Positions 20,119 to 30,412 of a DNA stretch of 64,000 nucleotides are shown here, in pieces. The notes under the pieces are model-generated. The model worked only from the letters and a program-made list of their open reading frames with translations, did no database searches and was not told the origin of the DNA. The DNA lies in NCBI GenBank assembly GCA_963843845.1, contig CAWJMB010000002.1, positions 1,632,001-1,696,000 on the forward strand, in the 5' to 3' direction. The translations under genes and the position numbers were made by a program. Position 1 is the stretch's first letter, and each line of letters starts with the position of its first letter. The stretch comes from an uncultured Gemmatimonadaceae bacterium (lineage in GTDB: Bacteria > Gemmatimonadota > Gemmatimonadetes > Gemmatimonadales > Gemmatimonadaceae).

Positions 20119-23100
20119 GTGTGGCACGGGCGCCTGCCGCGTGTGCAGTCGGCGCTCGCCCGCGCGTCGCTCGCCGCGGCCGCGGCCGCGACCTTGCTCG
20201 CCGCGTGGTGGGTTCGCGCCCCGGGCGAAGGGTATCTCGCCGCGGTCGTCGCGGCTACGGTCGTCGCGCTCGGGCTCGGCTGGTACGCGACGCGCCGGCG
20301 GACCGCCGTCGTCGCGTTCGCCGTCGCCGTCGTCACCTTCGTCGCGCCGGCCCGATGGACGGAGCGCGAGCTCGCGGCGATCGACACGCGGTGGGAGCAG
20401 ACGCGCGCGATTCGCATCGCCGGCGGCGAGGGCGTGCTCGGCGAGGCGGTGGTACGCGCGACGACGGAGCTGCGCGCGATCGCCGCGCGCGCGCTCGCCG
20501 TTCGCGACTCGTCGTCGACATCGTTCGCCGAGGCCGAAGCGATACTGCCGCGCGGCGACGGCGAGCGGAGCCTCACGGTGTCGCACGGCGCGCGGCCGAT
20601 CGCCTGGGCCGGAACCCTTCGCGTGCCGCTCGACTCGCTGCGCGGGACGGCCGGCGCGATCCAGACGCCCTTCTACACGGCGTTGTATGTCACCGCCGAG
20701 CGCGCGGGCACGCGTGCGGTCGCGACCGAACTGCTCGCCGCCGCGCCCCCGGCCGACGCGCTCGTTCGGACGATCGTCCGGTCGGTCGGCGGCGCGGAGC
20801 CGGCGGCGTTCGAGGTCGTGCCGGCCATGCGCCTCGCCGAGGCCCGCGTCCTCGACGGCGCGTGGCGCGTCGTCGGCGTCGACGGCGTCCCGATCATCGC
20901 CATCCGTGCGACCGCGCCGAGCCGCACCGCGGTCCGTATCGAGACGCTCGCCGCCGGCCGCATGCAGACGCTGCCGGGGCTCGCGCTCATGCTGCTCGTG
21001 ACGGTCGCCGCCGCGTGGCGACGCGCGGGCACCCGCGACCGCGCCGCGCTCGGGCGCCGGCTGATCGCGCTGCTCCTGCCGCTCGCCGCGATCGCCGTCG
21101 TGCCGTTCAGTCTGCTCTCGAACGCGACGCGGCTCTTCGATCCCAGTCTCTACTTCGTCGAGTCGCGCTTCGGCTTCACCGGGAGCCTCGGCGCGTTGCT
21201 CCTGACAGGCGTCGTCGCTCTGCTCGCGCTCTTCGCCGTGCTTCGTTCGGGGCGCGCCCGACCGCCGCGATCGGTCGCGGTGCTCGTCGTCGCGTCGGCG
21301 GTCGCCGTCGCTCCGCCACTCCTGCGCGCGCTCGCAGACGGCATTCGCCCGCCCGCGTCGGGCGCGAGCGTCGGGCTGTGGATCGCGTGGCAGCTCGCGC
21401 TCTTCCTTCCCGCCGCCGTCGCGCTCACCGCGGCCTCTGCGGCGGGACGCGCGGCGTTGGGCGACCTCCGCGGCGCGCACCCGCTGGCGGCGCCGCTCCT
21501 GGCCGCGGCTGCCGCGCTGCTCGGGCCCGCAGCGTGGCAGGCGCCGGCGCGCTGGCCCGCCTGGTACCTCGCACTGTGGGGCCTGACGCTCGGCGTGCTC
21601 GTCGTCACGCGACGCACGCGGGGACTGATCGTCACCGCGGCTGCCGTCGCCGGGCTCGGCGCCGCCACGCTGGTGTGGAGCGCCGTCACGCGCAAACGCG
21701 TCGAGAGCGCCGAGCAGGTCGTACGGACGCTCACCGTCCCGGATCAGGAGATCGCCCGCTGGCTCGAGCGCATGGCCGTGCAACTCGCCGACAGCGCGCC
21801 GACGACGGCCGCCGCCCTGTTGCGCAGCTACGCGACGTCGTCGCTCGCGCCGGCCGAGCTGCCGGCGCTCGTGACCAGTTGGCTGCCGACGGCTCGCGGA
21901 GACAGTGCCGTCGCGACGCTCGTCACGGAGCCGGTCGGCGTCGACAGCGCGCAGCTGCGCACCCTCGTCGCCAGCGTCCGGCTCAGCGACGAGGCGTCGT
22001 TCGCCACCATGGCGGGGACGCCGGGCGTCGCCGAAGTGCTCGCGGTGCCGCACGGGGGTGGGCGAGTGACGACCGTCGCCGTGTTCTCGCGCAGCCGCCT
22101 CCTCGCGAGCGCCGTGCTCCCCACGCTGCTCGGCCTCCGATCGCCGACGAGCGCCGAGCCGCCATACGCCGTCTCGCTCGTGACGCGCGCGCCGAGCGAC
22201 GTGCTCGCGAATCGCGGCGCCGGTGGCGTGTGGACGCGCGAGGGCAACGAGATCCGGAGCGACTGGCTCGTCGCCGGCGGGCAGCAGCGGGCGCACGTCG
22301 AAGTCGCGCTGCGCCCGCTGGACGCGCTCGCGCAGCGCGGCGCCCTGCTCGTCTTTCTCGACCTCGCCGTCGTCGGTCTGCTCTGGCTGGTCCCGGCCGC
22401 CGCCGATGGGACGCTGCCCCGGCGGCTCGGCGTGTGGCGCGACACGTGGACGCATTCCTATCGCGCACGCCTCACGCTCGCCCTCTTCACCTTCTTCGTC
22501 GTCCCGGCGGCGGCGTTCGCGATCTGGTCCTACCGCGAGCTGCAGGCGAGCGACGTGCAGAGCCGCGCGCTGCTCGTGCGCGAGACGCTGCGCACCGCCA
22601 CCGCGCAGGTACCGAATGTCGACGCCGTCTCGCTCGCCGCGCTCGCCGAGCGACTGGGGACACCGCTGCTCGTGTTCGAAGCCGGGGTGCTGCGGCGCGC
22701 GAGCGACCCGCTGCTGCTCGACCTCGCGCCGACAGGTCTCCTGTTGCCGCGCGATCAGGCCCTCGGGGTCGGCTTCGGCGACGAGGTCGTGTCGACGCGG
22801 ACGATCGAGCTGCGGCAGCATCCGGCGCTGTTCGGGTACGCAGCGGCCGTCGGCGGGCGGTCGCAGCGCGTCGTCATCGCCGCTCCGGCACGCGCGGACG
22901 ACGTCACCGTGGATCAGCGACGCCGCGACCTCGGCTTCCTCGTGCTGCTCGTGACGGCCGGCGGAGCCGTCGCGGCGCTCTGGCTCAGCGGCCTCGCCGC
23001 GAACGAGCTCGCGCGTCCGGTCGGCGCGCTGCGCGCCGCGGCGAACGCGATCGCGCGTGGCGAGCGCGAGCCGGGTCTCGCCGGCGAGCCGCCCGCCGAG

Positions 23101-24231
23101 TTCCGCCCCGTGTTCTCCGCATTCCGGCGCATGGCGAGCGACCTCGGAGAGAGTCGCGCCGCGCTCGAGGCGGCGCAGCGTCGGACGAGCGCGGTGCTCC
23201 GCAACGTGGCGAGCGGCGTGCTCGCCGTGCAGCGCGACGGCCGCGTGACGATCGCGAATCCGCGCGCCGAGCTGCTCCTCGGCGCGGCGCTGCCGGCGGG
23301 GGAGTCGTTAGGCACCGTGGCACCGCCGGAGATCTCGCGCCCGGTACTCGCGTTCCTCGCGGTCCCCGATGCGAGCGACGAGACGGCGACGGGCGCGGGC
23401 GTCGCCGGCGACGAGGAGTTCGACGTCGAGCTGCACGGTCGTCAGCTCCGCGCGCGAGTCACACGCTTCGATGGCGCGCGTCCCGGGCACGACCGCACCG
23501 TCGTGCTCACGATCGACGACCTCACCGAGCTGGCGCGGGCGCAGCGCGTGCTCGCGTGGGGGGAGATGGCACGCCAGGTCGCCCACGAGATCAAGAACCC
23601 GTTGACGCCGATCCGGTTGGGCATGCAGCACCTCCGCCGGGCGTACGTCGACGGCCGCGGCAACTTCGCCGAGGTCCTGGACCGCAACGTGACGCGCGTG
23701 CTCGAGGAGATCGACCGGCTCGACGAGATCGCGCGCGCATTCAGTCGGTATGGCACGGCGCCCGATCAGCGCGCACCCGGCGCGCCGATCGACGCCGCCG
23801 CGATCGTCCGCGACGTCGTCGCGCTCGAACGGATCGGGCAGGGCAGCGTCGTCTGGTCGGTCGACGGCGCCGACGCGCCACGGTTCGCGATCGCGCGCGA
23901 TGACGAGCTGCGGGAGGTGTTGCTCAACCTCCTCGAGAACGCGCGTCACGCGAACGCGCGCGTCGTCACCGCGCGCGTCGCGTCGAGCGACGGCGCCGTC
24001 ACCATCGCGGTGACCGACGACGGCGAAGGGATTCCACCCGAGCTGCAGTCGCGCGTGTTCGAGCCGCACTTCTCGACGCGCACGAGCGGCAGCGGCCTCG
24101 GACTCGCGATCAGTCGGCGGCTCATCGACGGCTGGGGCGGCGCGATTCGGCTCGACTCCGAGGCGGGGCGCGGCACGACCGTCACGATGACGCTGCGCGC
24201 CGCCGGAGACGCCGCTCCGGACCGCGCGTGA
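20119..24231 (+). CDS. Large multi-TM sensor histidine kinase, NtrY-like (HAMP-PAS-HisKA-HATPase); start uncertain
   Basis: MARQVAHEIKNPLTPI H-box, NLLENA, DDGEG, GSGLGL; long hydrophobic N-terminal region. Confidence 0.9.
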   Translation: MWHGRLPRVQSALARASLAAAAAATLLAAWWVRAPGEGYLAAVVAATVVALGLGWYATRRRTAVVAFAVAVVTFVAPARWTERELAAIDTRWEQTRAIRIAGGEGVLGEAVVRATTELRAIAARALAVRDSSSTSFAEAEAILPRGDGERSLTVSHGARPIAWAGTLRVPLDSLRGTAGAIQTPFYTALYVTAERAGTRAVATELLAAAPPADALVRTIVRSVGGAEPAAFEVVPAMRLAEARVLDGAWRVVGVDGVPIIAIRATAPSRTAVRIETLAAGRMQTLPGLALMLLVTVAAAWRRAGTRDRAALGRRLIALLLPLAAIAVVPFSLLSNATRLFDPSLYFVESRFGFTGSLGALLLTGVVALLALFAVLRSGRARPPRSVAVLVVASAVAVAPPLLRALADGIRPPASGASVGLWIAWQLALFLPAAVALTAASAAGRAALGDLRGAHPLAAPLLAAAAALLGPAAWQAPARWPAWYLALWGLTLGVLVVTRRTRGLIVTAAAVAGLGAATLVWSAVTRKRVESAEQVVRTLTVPDQEIARWLERMAVQLADSAPTTAAALLRSYATSSLAPAELPALVTSWLPTARGDSAVATLVTEPVGVDSAQLRTLVASVRLSDEASFATMAGTPGVAEVLAVPHGGGRVTTVAVFSRSRLLASAVLPTLLGLRSPTSAEPPYAVSLVTRAPSDVLANRGAGGVWTREGNEIRSDWLVAGGQQRAHVEVALRPLDALAQRGALLVFLDLAVVGLLWLVPAAADGTLPRRLGVWRDTWTHSYRARLTLALFTFFVVPAAAFAIWSYRELQASDVQSRALLVRETLRTATAQVPNVDAVSLAALAERLGTPLLVFEAGVLRRASDPLLLDLAPTGLLLPRDQALGVGFGDEVVSTRTIELRQHPALFGYAAAVGGRSQRVVIAAPARADDVTVDQRRRDLGFLVLLVTAGGAVAALWLSGLAANELARPVGALRAAANAIARGEREPGLAGEPPAEFRPVFSAFRRMASDLGESRAALEAAQRRTSAVLRNVASGVLAVQRDGRVTIANPRAELLLGAALPAGESLGTVAPPEISRPVLAFLAVPDASDETATGAGVAGDEEFDVELHGRQLRARVTRFDGARPGHDRTVVLTIDDLTELARAQRVLAWGEMARQVAHEIKNPLTPIRLGMQHLRRAYVDGRGNFAEVLDRNVTRVLEEIDRLDEIARAFSRYGTAPDQRAPGAPIDAAAIVRDVVALERIGQGSVVWSVDGADAPRFAIARDDELREVLLNLLENARHANARVVTARVASSDGAVTIAVTDDGEGIPPELQSRVFEPHFSTRTSGSGLGLAISRRLIDGWGGAIRLDSEAGRGTTVTMTLRAAGDAAPDRA

Positions 24232-24326
24232 CATCGCGGGTCGATCGCGCGTGTACGAGGGCATGGTAGGTCTACCCGCGCTCTTCCGCCGTACGTAGAC
24301 TGCCGTCCCGCGCCCAACCGACCTTC

Positions 24327-26030
24327 GTGCCGCCGACCCCAGTTTCCGCGAACAAGCCGCCGCCGCACCTCGCGCACTGGCACCTGCCGCCCGAGTGGCG
24401 GTGGGGCGCCGACGCGGTGCGCGAGGACTTCCGCCACTTCCAGGAAGTCGTCGACGCCCTCGGCCGCTCGCTCGCGCTCGTCACGGCGCCGAACGCGGCG
24501 CACGCGGCGTGGCTGCACACCGAGGCGCGGCAGCTCGCTCACCGCAATCATCCGGCGATCCCGACGACGTATCATTACTGGGCGCCGGACGGCGACGCGC
24601 CGCGTGGGCCCGGCTATCTGCGTCGATGGATCGTCGGCGAGACGCTGGCGGCCCGCGTCGCGCGGCAGGGTCCGCAGGACGTGCCGCTCGTGCTGCGACT
24701 ACTGCGCGAGGCAGGGGGCGTCGCGGCGTATCTCCACGACACCGGGACGGTGCACGGTGCGCTCGTCGGCCAGACGCTCTGGCTCACGCCGTCCGGGCGC
24801 ATCTGGCTCCTCGGCTGGCAATGGGCCACGCCACGCGACGCGATCCCGTCGGACATCATTCCCGACACCGAGCGCGTCCCGCCGGCCCCGGAGTGGCTCG
24901 CCGGTACGTGGGAGCCGACCGCCCTCAGCGATCAGTGGCAGCTCGGCGCGCTCGCCTTCCTCGCGCTCACCGGCGAGCTGCCGCCGTCGGCAGACCCGCC
25001 GCCGATCGCGCTGCTCCGGCCCGACTGCCCGGCGAGCGCCGCCGCCGTCATCGATCGCGCGCTGCATCCCGATCCGGCGCGCCGTCACGGCTCCGTCGTC
25101 GCGATGGTGCGCGCGCTCGATCGCGGCGTCTCGCTGCGCGGGCCGATCCTGTCGAGCGAGGCCGACGCGCCCGACGAAGAGCCCGAGGCGCGCCTCCGCT
25201 GGGCGACCGGCGACGACTACGAGATCCTCTCGCCGCTGGGCAGCGGGACGTTCGGCTCGGTGTGGCGCGTGCGCGACCTGGCGTTAGGCCGGGAAGTGGC
25301 GCTGAAGGCGCTGCACCCGCACATCGCGCGTGACGGCAACGCGGTGGCTCGCTTCCGCCGCGAGGCGCAGCTCGCCGCGCAGCTCGCGCACACCTCGATC
25401 GTCCCGATCTACGACTTCGACACGCGCGGCTCGGTGTCGTGGTACACGATGGAGCTCGCCGAGGCCGGCTCGGTCGCGGATCTCATCCGTCGGAGCGGCG
25501 CGCGGCCCCCCGCCGACGTGCTGCCGCAGATCGACCCGTTGCTCGAAGGGCTCGCCGCGGCGCACGCGATCGGCGTCATCCACCGCGATCTCAAGCCGGA
25601 GAACGTCCTCATCGATCGCTACGGGCACTGGCGCCTGAGCGACTTCGGCATCGCCAGCGCGTTGGGCGAGGAGGTCGCGGGGTCGTCGGGAACGCCGGCG
25701 TTCGCGCCCCCCGAGCAACTGTTGGGCGAGCCCCAGGGGCCGGCCGCGGACTGCTACGCGTTCGCCGCGATCGTCTACTTCGTGCTCGTGGGCACCCCGC
25801 CGTTCGGGGACGTCGAGGCCCCGACGATTCTCGCGCGTCAGCTCGGCGGCGAGCTGACGTTCGACGGGATCGAGCCCGCGATCGTCGACTGGCTGCGCCG
25901 CGGTCTGGCGATGAACGCCGAAGACCGATTCGCCGACGCGGCCGAGATGCAGACGGCATGGCACGACGCGATGCGCAGCGTGACACGCGCGTCCGAGTGG
26001 CAAGGGCTGCTCCGTCGGATCTTCGCCTGA
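24327..26030 (+). CDS. Ser/Thr protein kinase with degenerate N-terminal kinase-like domain
   Basis: C-terminal GSGTFG, VALK, HRDLKPEN, DFG, GTPAFAPPE; N-terminal HGAL, LGW, PAPE, SDQW. Confidence 0.88.
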   Translation: MPPTPVSANKPPPHLAHWHLPPEWRWGADAVREDFRHFQEVVDALGRSLALVTAPNAAHAAWLHTEARQLAHRNHPAIPTTYHYWAPDGDAPRGPGYLRRWIVGETLAARVARQGPQDVPLVLRLLREAGGVAAYLHDTGTVHGALVGQTLWLTPSGRIWLLGWQWATPRDAIPSDIIPDTERVPPAPEWLAGTWEPTALSDQWQLGALAFLALTGELPPSADPPPIALLRPDCPASAAAVIDRALHPDPARRHGSVVAMVRALDRGVSLRGPILSSEADAPDEEPEARLRWATGDDYEILSPLGSGTFGSVWRVRDLALGREVALKALHPHIARDGNAVARFRREAQLAAQLAHTSIVPIYDFDTRGSVSWYTMELAEAGSVADLIRRSGARPPADVLPQIDPLLEGLAAAHAIGVIHRDLKPENVLIDRYGHWRLSDFGIASALGEEVAGSSGTPAFAPPEQLLGEPQGPAADCYAFAAIVYFVLVGTPPFGDVEAPTILARQLGGELTFDGIEPAIVDWLRRGLAMNAEDRFADAAEMQTAWHDAMRSVTRASEWQGLLRRIFA

Positions 26031-26053
26031 CGATCGTCGCCTGACGATCGTCG
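26023..26053. repeat. 14-bp tandem duplication TCGCCTGACGATCG x2 at a convergent gene junction
   Basis: tcgcctgacgatcg tcgcctgacgatcg tcg; includes the kinase stop and the palindrome GACGATCGTC. Confidence 0.7.
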
Positions 26054-26073
26054 GGGCGCGTGCGCGCGGCGTG

Positions 26074-27474
26074 TCACTCCGTCGTCGACTCGTCGGCTCG
26101 TGCGGTACGCGCCGTGCGCACCGTCTTCACGTTCGTGAACTCACGCATGCCCAACGCGCTGAGCTCCCGGCCGTAGCCTGACCGCTTCACGCCGCCGAAC
26201 GGCAGCCGGGGGTCGGACGCGACCATTCCGTTCAGGAAGACGGAGCCGGCGTCGAGCTCCTCCTCGAACCGTCGGAGCTCGACCGGGTCGATCGTCCACG
26301 CCGCGGCGCCGAGCCCGTAGACCGACGCGTTCGCGAGCGCGATCGCGTGGTCGACATCCCGGACGCGCATCACCGCGGCGACCGGGCCGAACACTTCCTC
26401 GACGGCTGCCGCCGAGTCGGGCGGGACGTCGCCGAGCACGGTCGGCGGATAGAAGAACCCGTCCCCGGCCAGCGGCGCACCCCCGCACAGCAACCGTGCG
26501 CCCGCTGCGACGGTCCGCTCGACCTGAGAATGGACGTCGTCGCGAATGCTCGCCGTCGCGAGTGGGCCGACCTGCGTCGCCGCGTCGGTCGGATCGCCGA
26601 TCCGCAACGCCAGCATCCCGTCGACGAATCGCTCGAGAAACGGCTCGTAGACGGCATCGTGCACGATGAACCGCTTCGCCGCGATGCACGACTGCCCGTT
26701 GTTGAGCGTGCGGGCCGTCACCGCCGTACGCGCGGCCGCATCGAGGTCCGCGCTCGGCATCACGATGAACGGGTCGCTCCCGCCGAGCTCCAGGACCGAC
26801 TTCTTGAGCGCCCGTCCGGCGGCCGCGCCGATGGATGCGCCGGCTCCCTCGCTCCCCGTGAGGGTGACCGCGGCCACGCGCGGATCGCCGACGATCGTCT
26901 CGACGCGGGCGCTCTCGATCAGGAGCGCCTGGAACACCCCGGCCGGCGCGCCGGCGTCGTGCGCGAGCGTCTCCAGCGCCAGCGCGCATTGCGGCACGTT
27001 CGACGCGTGCTTCAGCAGCCCGACGTTGCCCGCCGCGATCGCCGGCGCGAGAAAGCGCACGACCTGCCAGAATGGGAAGTTCCACGGCATGACGGCGAGC
27101 ACGACGCCTAACGGATCGTAGCGCACTCGCCCCGTGCCGCTCTCGTCGTCGACGAGCGTCTCCGGCGCGAGGAACGTCGGCGCGTGCGCCGCGTAGTAGC
27201 GGCACGCGCTCGCACACTTCGCGGCTTCGTCTCGCGCCGCCTGGAGCGGTTTTCCCATCTCGAGCGTCATGAGCCGCGCGTAGTCGTCGCGACGCGCGTC
27301 GAGCAGCTCGGCCATGCGGCGGAGCACGGCACACCGCTCCTCGACGGACGCCTGCCGCCACGCCCGTGCAGCATCGGCCGCGGCGGCGAGCATTCGTTCG
27401 ACGTCCGCAGCGTCGTGCGGCGTGAACGAGCGGACCAGTCGCCCGCTCGTCGGATCGGTCGTCGCGATCGGCAT
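26074..27474 (-). CDS. NAD(P)-dependent succinate-semialdehyde dehydrogenase (Sad/GabD1-like)
   Basis: MPWNFPFWQ, LKHA, TGSEGAG, LELGGSDP, NNGQSCIAAKR, EEVFGP. Confidence 0.9.
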   Translation of the reverse strand: MPIATTDPTSGRLVRSFTPHDAADVERMLAAAADAARAWRQASVEERCAVLRRMAELLDARRDDYARLMTLEMGKPLQAARDEAAKCASACRYYAAHAPTFLAPETLVDDESGTGRVRYDPLGVVLAVMPWNFPFWQVVRFLAPAIAAGNVGLLKHASNVPQCALALETLAHDAGAPAGVFQALLIESARVETIVGDPRVAAVTLTGSEGAGASIGAAAGRALKKSVLELGGSDPFIVMPSADLDAAARTAVTARTLNNGQSCIAAKRFIVHDAVYEPFLERFVDGMLALRIGDPTDAATQVGPLATASIRDDVHSQVERTVAAGARLLCGGAPLAGDGFFYPPTVLGDVPPDSAAAVEEVFGPVAAVMRVRDVDHAIALANASVYGLGAAAWTIDPVELRRFEEELDAGSVFLNGMVASDPRLPFGGVKRSGYGRELSALGMREFTNVKTVRTARTARADESTTE

Positions 27475-27497
27475 CGAATCGTCTCCGGAGGAAGTGC

Positions 27498-27980
27498 CTA
27501 ACGCTGCGGCAGCTCGCGCGCGTCGCTGCTGCGTTCGCGATGCCACGCCAGCTCGGCCGGCGTGAGCGGGCGGAACGCGAGATCGGCGGCGAGCCACAGC
27601 AGCTCGGTGTATGGATACATGGCGAGCGGCGCTGCGAGCATCAGCACGACCCCGACGTACTGCATCGCGTCCCACGGCGGGTCGGGCCAGGTCGTCAGGA
27701 CCACGACGACGATCCCCACGCCGAGGAGCAGTTCGGCGGCGACGAGGTTCACGAGGTACGCCCCGATGAAATAGTCGTGCTCACCGCGGTCGAGCCGCAG
27801 CCCGCACTGCGGACAGGCGTCGACGCGCTTCAGCCACGACCGCCGCACGGGCGACCCGCCGCAGTTCGGGCAGCGTAGCCGCAAGGCTCGGCCGGCGTTC
27901 GCACGCAGCGTCGTCCACGAAAAGCCGACCGCCTCGTCTCTCGTCGGCGCGTCGGGCGCGGATCGTTTCTCGGTGTGCAT
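27498..27980 (-). CDS. DUF983-like membrane protein with zinc-ribbon cysteines
   Basis: CPNCG and CPQCG then two TM helices. Confidence 0.8.
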   Translation of the reverse strand: MHTEKRSAPDAPTRDEAVGFSWTTLRANAGRALRLRCPNCGGSPVRRSWLKRVDACPQCGLRLDRGEHDYFIGAYLVNLVAAELLLGVGIVVVVLTTWPDPPWDAMQYVGVVLMLAAPLAMYPYTELLWLAADLAFRPLTPAELAWHRERSSDARELPQR

Positions 27981-28112
27981 CGTAGAAAGAAAGCTGATCA
28001 CGTGCCGCGCCGCGTCTCACCTCCACCACGCTGTGTCGCGGCTCGAGCGTCGCTACTCTTCGGGCATCCGCCGCGCCACCGCGCGGCGCCCCGACCCGAA
28101 CCGCATTCTTGC

Positions 28113-28598
28113 ATGTCGCGCTCGTTTCGCCTCGCCTCGCTCGCCCTCGCCGCGACGCTCGCTGTCGCCGCCGCCTGTCGCGACGTCTCTGCGCCGAACG
28201 AGGATCCCGCGACGACCACGTTCGCTCCGTCGTTGAACGTCAACCTGGCGGCGATGAAGCGGACGGCGTCGGGCGTCTACTACCAGGATCTCATCGTCGG
28301 CGCGGGCAAGGTCGCGGCGAAGGACAGCTCTCTCCGCGTCTACTACACCGGCTCGCTCACGAGCGGGCAGCGCTTCGACTCCACCACCACCGGCGCCGGC
28401 CTCACCTTCCTGCTCGGCGCGGGGCAGGTCATCAAGGGGTGGGACGAGGGCATCCCCGCCGACCCGCCGATGCGCGTCGGCGGGACGCGTCGACTCGTCA
28501 TTCCACCCGCGCTCGGCTATGGAAGCCGCACGAACGGGCGCATCCCGGCGGGCTCGGTGCTCGTCTTCGACGTGCGTCTCATCGCCGTGGGCAGCTAA
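28113..28598 (+). CDS. FKBP-type peptidyl-prolyl isomerase (lipoprotein)
   Basis: Lipobox AAAC; YTG.L..G..FDS, VIKGWDEG, IPPALGYG. Confidence 0.93.
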   Translation: MSRSFRLASLALAATLAVAAACRDVSAPNEDPATTTFAPSLNVNLAAMKRTASGVYYQDLIVGAGKVAAKDSSLRVYYTGSLTSGQRFDSTTTGAGLTFLLGAGQVIKGWDEGIPADPPMRVGGTRRLVIPPALGYGSRTNGRIPAGSVLVFDVRLIAVGS

Positions 28599-28705
28599 CG
28601 CGTGATGCAACGCGGCCGGCGTTCGCGCCGGCCGTGCGTTCGGACGGTACCGCTCCGCGTTCATTCGGTACGGGCCGGGGCGTCGACGGCGACACCCTTG
28701 ATCTC

Positions 28706-30241
28706 ATGCTCGCCGCCATCGGGTCCGCCGCCCTCCTCGGCGTCGAGGCATTCGGGGTCACGGTCGAAGTCGACGTCGCCAACGGCCTGCCGAGCTTCTC
28801 CGTGGTCGGGCTCGCGGCGGCAGCCGTGCGCGAGAGCCGCGAACGCGTGACGACGGCGCTCGCGCACGCCGGGCACCCGCTGCCGCCGCGCCGCGTCACG
28901 GTCAATCTCGCACCCGCCGACATCCGGAAAGTCGGCACCGCCTTCGATCTCCCGATCGCGCTGGGCATCCTCGTGTCGCTCGGCGCCATCGGGGCCGACG
29001 CGCTCGCGGACACGACCTGCGTCGGGGAGCTGGCGCTCGACGGAACACTGCGCGCCGTGCGTGGGGCGCTACCGATCGCCGCCTGGTGCGCGCGCGGCGG
29101 GCGGCGTCTGCTGCTCCCCCCGGCGAATCTGGCGGAGACGGCGGACGTGACCGCGCTCGCGCGCTGCGCACCGGCGACGCTGTCGGACGTCATCGCGCAG
29201 CTACACGGGCGGTCCGCGTGGAGCGCGCATGCGCCTGCGCGAACCGCTCCCCCGACTCCCCACGTGGACGACTTCGCCGACGTGGTCGGGCAGGGCGCCG
29301 CCAAACGCGCGCTCGAGATCGCCGCTGCGGGCGGCCACAACGTGCTGCTCGTCGGGCCGCCCGGCGCAGGGAAGACGATGCTGGCGCGCCGACTCCCCGG
29401 CATTCTCCCGCCGCTCGCACCCGACGAGGCCCTCGAGGTGCTGACGATCCGGTCGATCGTGGGGCTGGACTGCGCCGCCCGCCCGGAGCGCCCGTTCCGC
29501 GCGCCGCACCACACGATCTCGACGGCGGGGCTCGTCGGCGGCGGATCGCCGTCGCGTCCGGGCGAGATCACCCTCGCACATTGCGGCGTCCTCTTCCTCG
29601 ACGAGCTGCTCGAGTTCCCGCGTTCGACGCTCGACGCGCTGCGGCAGCCGCTCGAGGACGGACGCCTGACGCTCGTGCGCGCGGCAGGGGCGGTTCAGTA
29701 CCCGGCATGCGTCACGCTCGTCGGTGCTGCGAACCCGTGCCCCTGCGGACGCGCCGGAGAGCCAGGCGCTTCCTGTCGATGTGCACCCGCCGACGTCGCG
29801 CGGTACCAGGCTCGGCTCTCGGGTCCTCTCGCCGATCGCATCGACATGCATGTGCGCGTCGGGGCCGTCCCTCCCCGCGCGATGGCCGCCCCGCCGGATG
29901 GCGAATCCTCCGCCGTGATCCGCGCGCGAGTGGAGCGCGCCCGCGCGCTGCAGCGCCGTCGCTACGCGGCGACCCCCGGGATCGCGTCGAACGCGCAGGT
30001 CAGCGGGCGGTGGCTCGATACCGACGGTGGGGTCCTCCCCGCCGCCCGCGACCTGCTCGTCGCGGCCGCCGACCGCTTCGAGCTCTCGGCGCGCGCATTC
30101 TTCCGCGTCCTGAAAGTCGCGCGCACGATCGCCGATCTCGACGCCGAGCACGTGGTCGCCCTGCACCACGTCGCCGAGGCGCTCGGGTCGCGACCGTCGA
30201 GCGGCGGCGAGCCGAGCGAAGCGGGCGCTTTGCGGGTATGA
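28706..30241 (+). CDS. comM: YifB/ComM Mg-chelatase-like AAA+ ATPase
   Basis: VRESRERV, NLAPAD, GPPGAGKTM, FRAPHHT, FLDELLEF, NPCPCG, LSGPLADRID. Confidence 0.93.
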   Translation: MLAAIGSAALLGVEAFGVTVEVDVANGLPSFSVVGLAAAAVRESRERVTTALAHAGHPLPPRRVTVNLAPADIRKVGTAFDLPIALGILVSLGAIGADALADTTCVGELALDGTLRAVRGALPIAAWCARGGRRLLLPPANLAETADVTALARCAPATLSDVIAQLHGRSAWSAHAPARTAPPTPHVDDFADVVGQGAAKRALEIAAAGGHNVLLVGPPGAGKTMLARRLPGILPPLAPDEALEVLTIRSIVGLDCAARPERPFRAPHHTISTAGLVGGGSPSRPGEITLAHCGVLFLDELLEFPRSTLDALRQPLEDGRLTLVRAAGAVQYPACVTLVGAANPCPCGRAGEPGASCRCAPADVARYQARLSGPLADRIDMHVRVGAVPPRAMAAPPDGESSAVIRARVERARALQRRRYAATPGIASNAQVSGRWLDTDGGVLPAARDLLVAAADRFELSARAFFRVLKVARTIADLDAEHVVALHHVAEALGSRPSSGGEPSEAGALRV

Positions 30242-30412
30242 GGGCATCCGGTACGTTCTCGCACGCGCGCCGTCGGCCGAACGCGTGACACCCGCGCGTG
30301 CGGCGCGCGTACTGACGTCACCGATGCTCGCTCACTCGCCATCGCAACGCATGCTCGTCACGACATCGCACGCCGCCGCCGCTCCAGCGCCTGGCTCGAC
30401 GCACGGAGCTCG

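Noticed and set aside
2352..23053. Frequent GCGATCGC/CGATCG (HIP1-like) and GTCGAC words
   Set aside because: Plausibly explained by preferred GCG-ATC-GCN and GTC-GAC codon pairs; excess cannot be shown without a codon-aware null
19924..23903. Long alternative ORFs (965 aa on -, 1260 aa on +) over the histidine kinase, and similar Arg/Ala-rich ORFs elsewhere
   Set aside because: GC-rich off-frame shadows with no recognisable motifs
26023..26053. 14-bp tandem duplication as a CRISPR remnant or insertion scar
   Set aside because: Two adjacent units, no spacer, no cas or transposase gene
30242..30412. Intergenic region as a possible small RNA
   Set aside because: No convincing promoter, stem or terminator recognised
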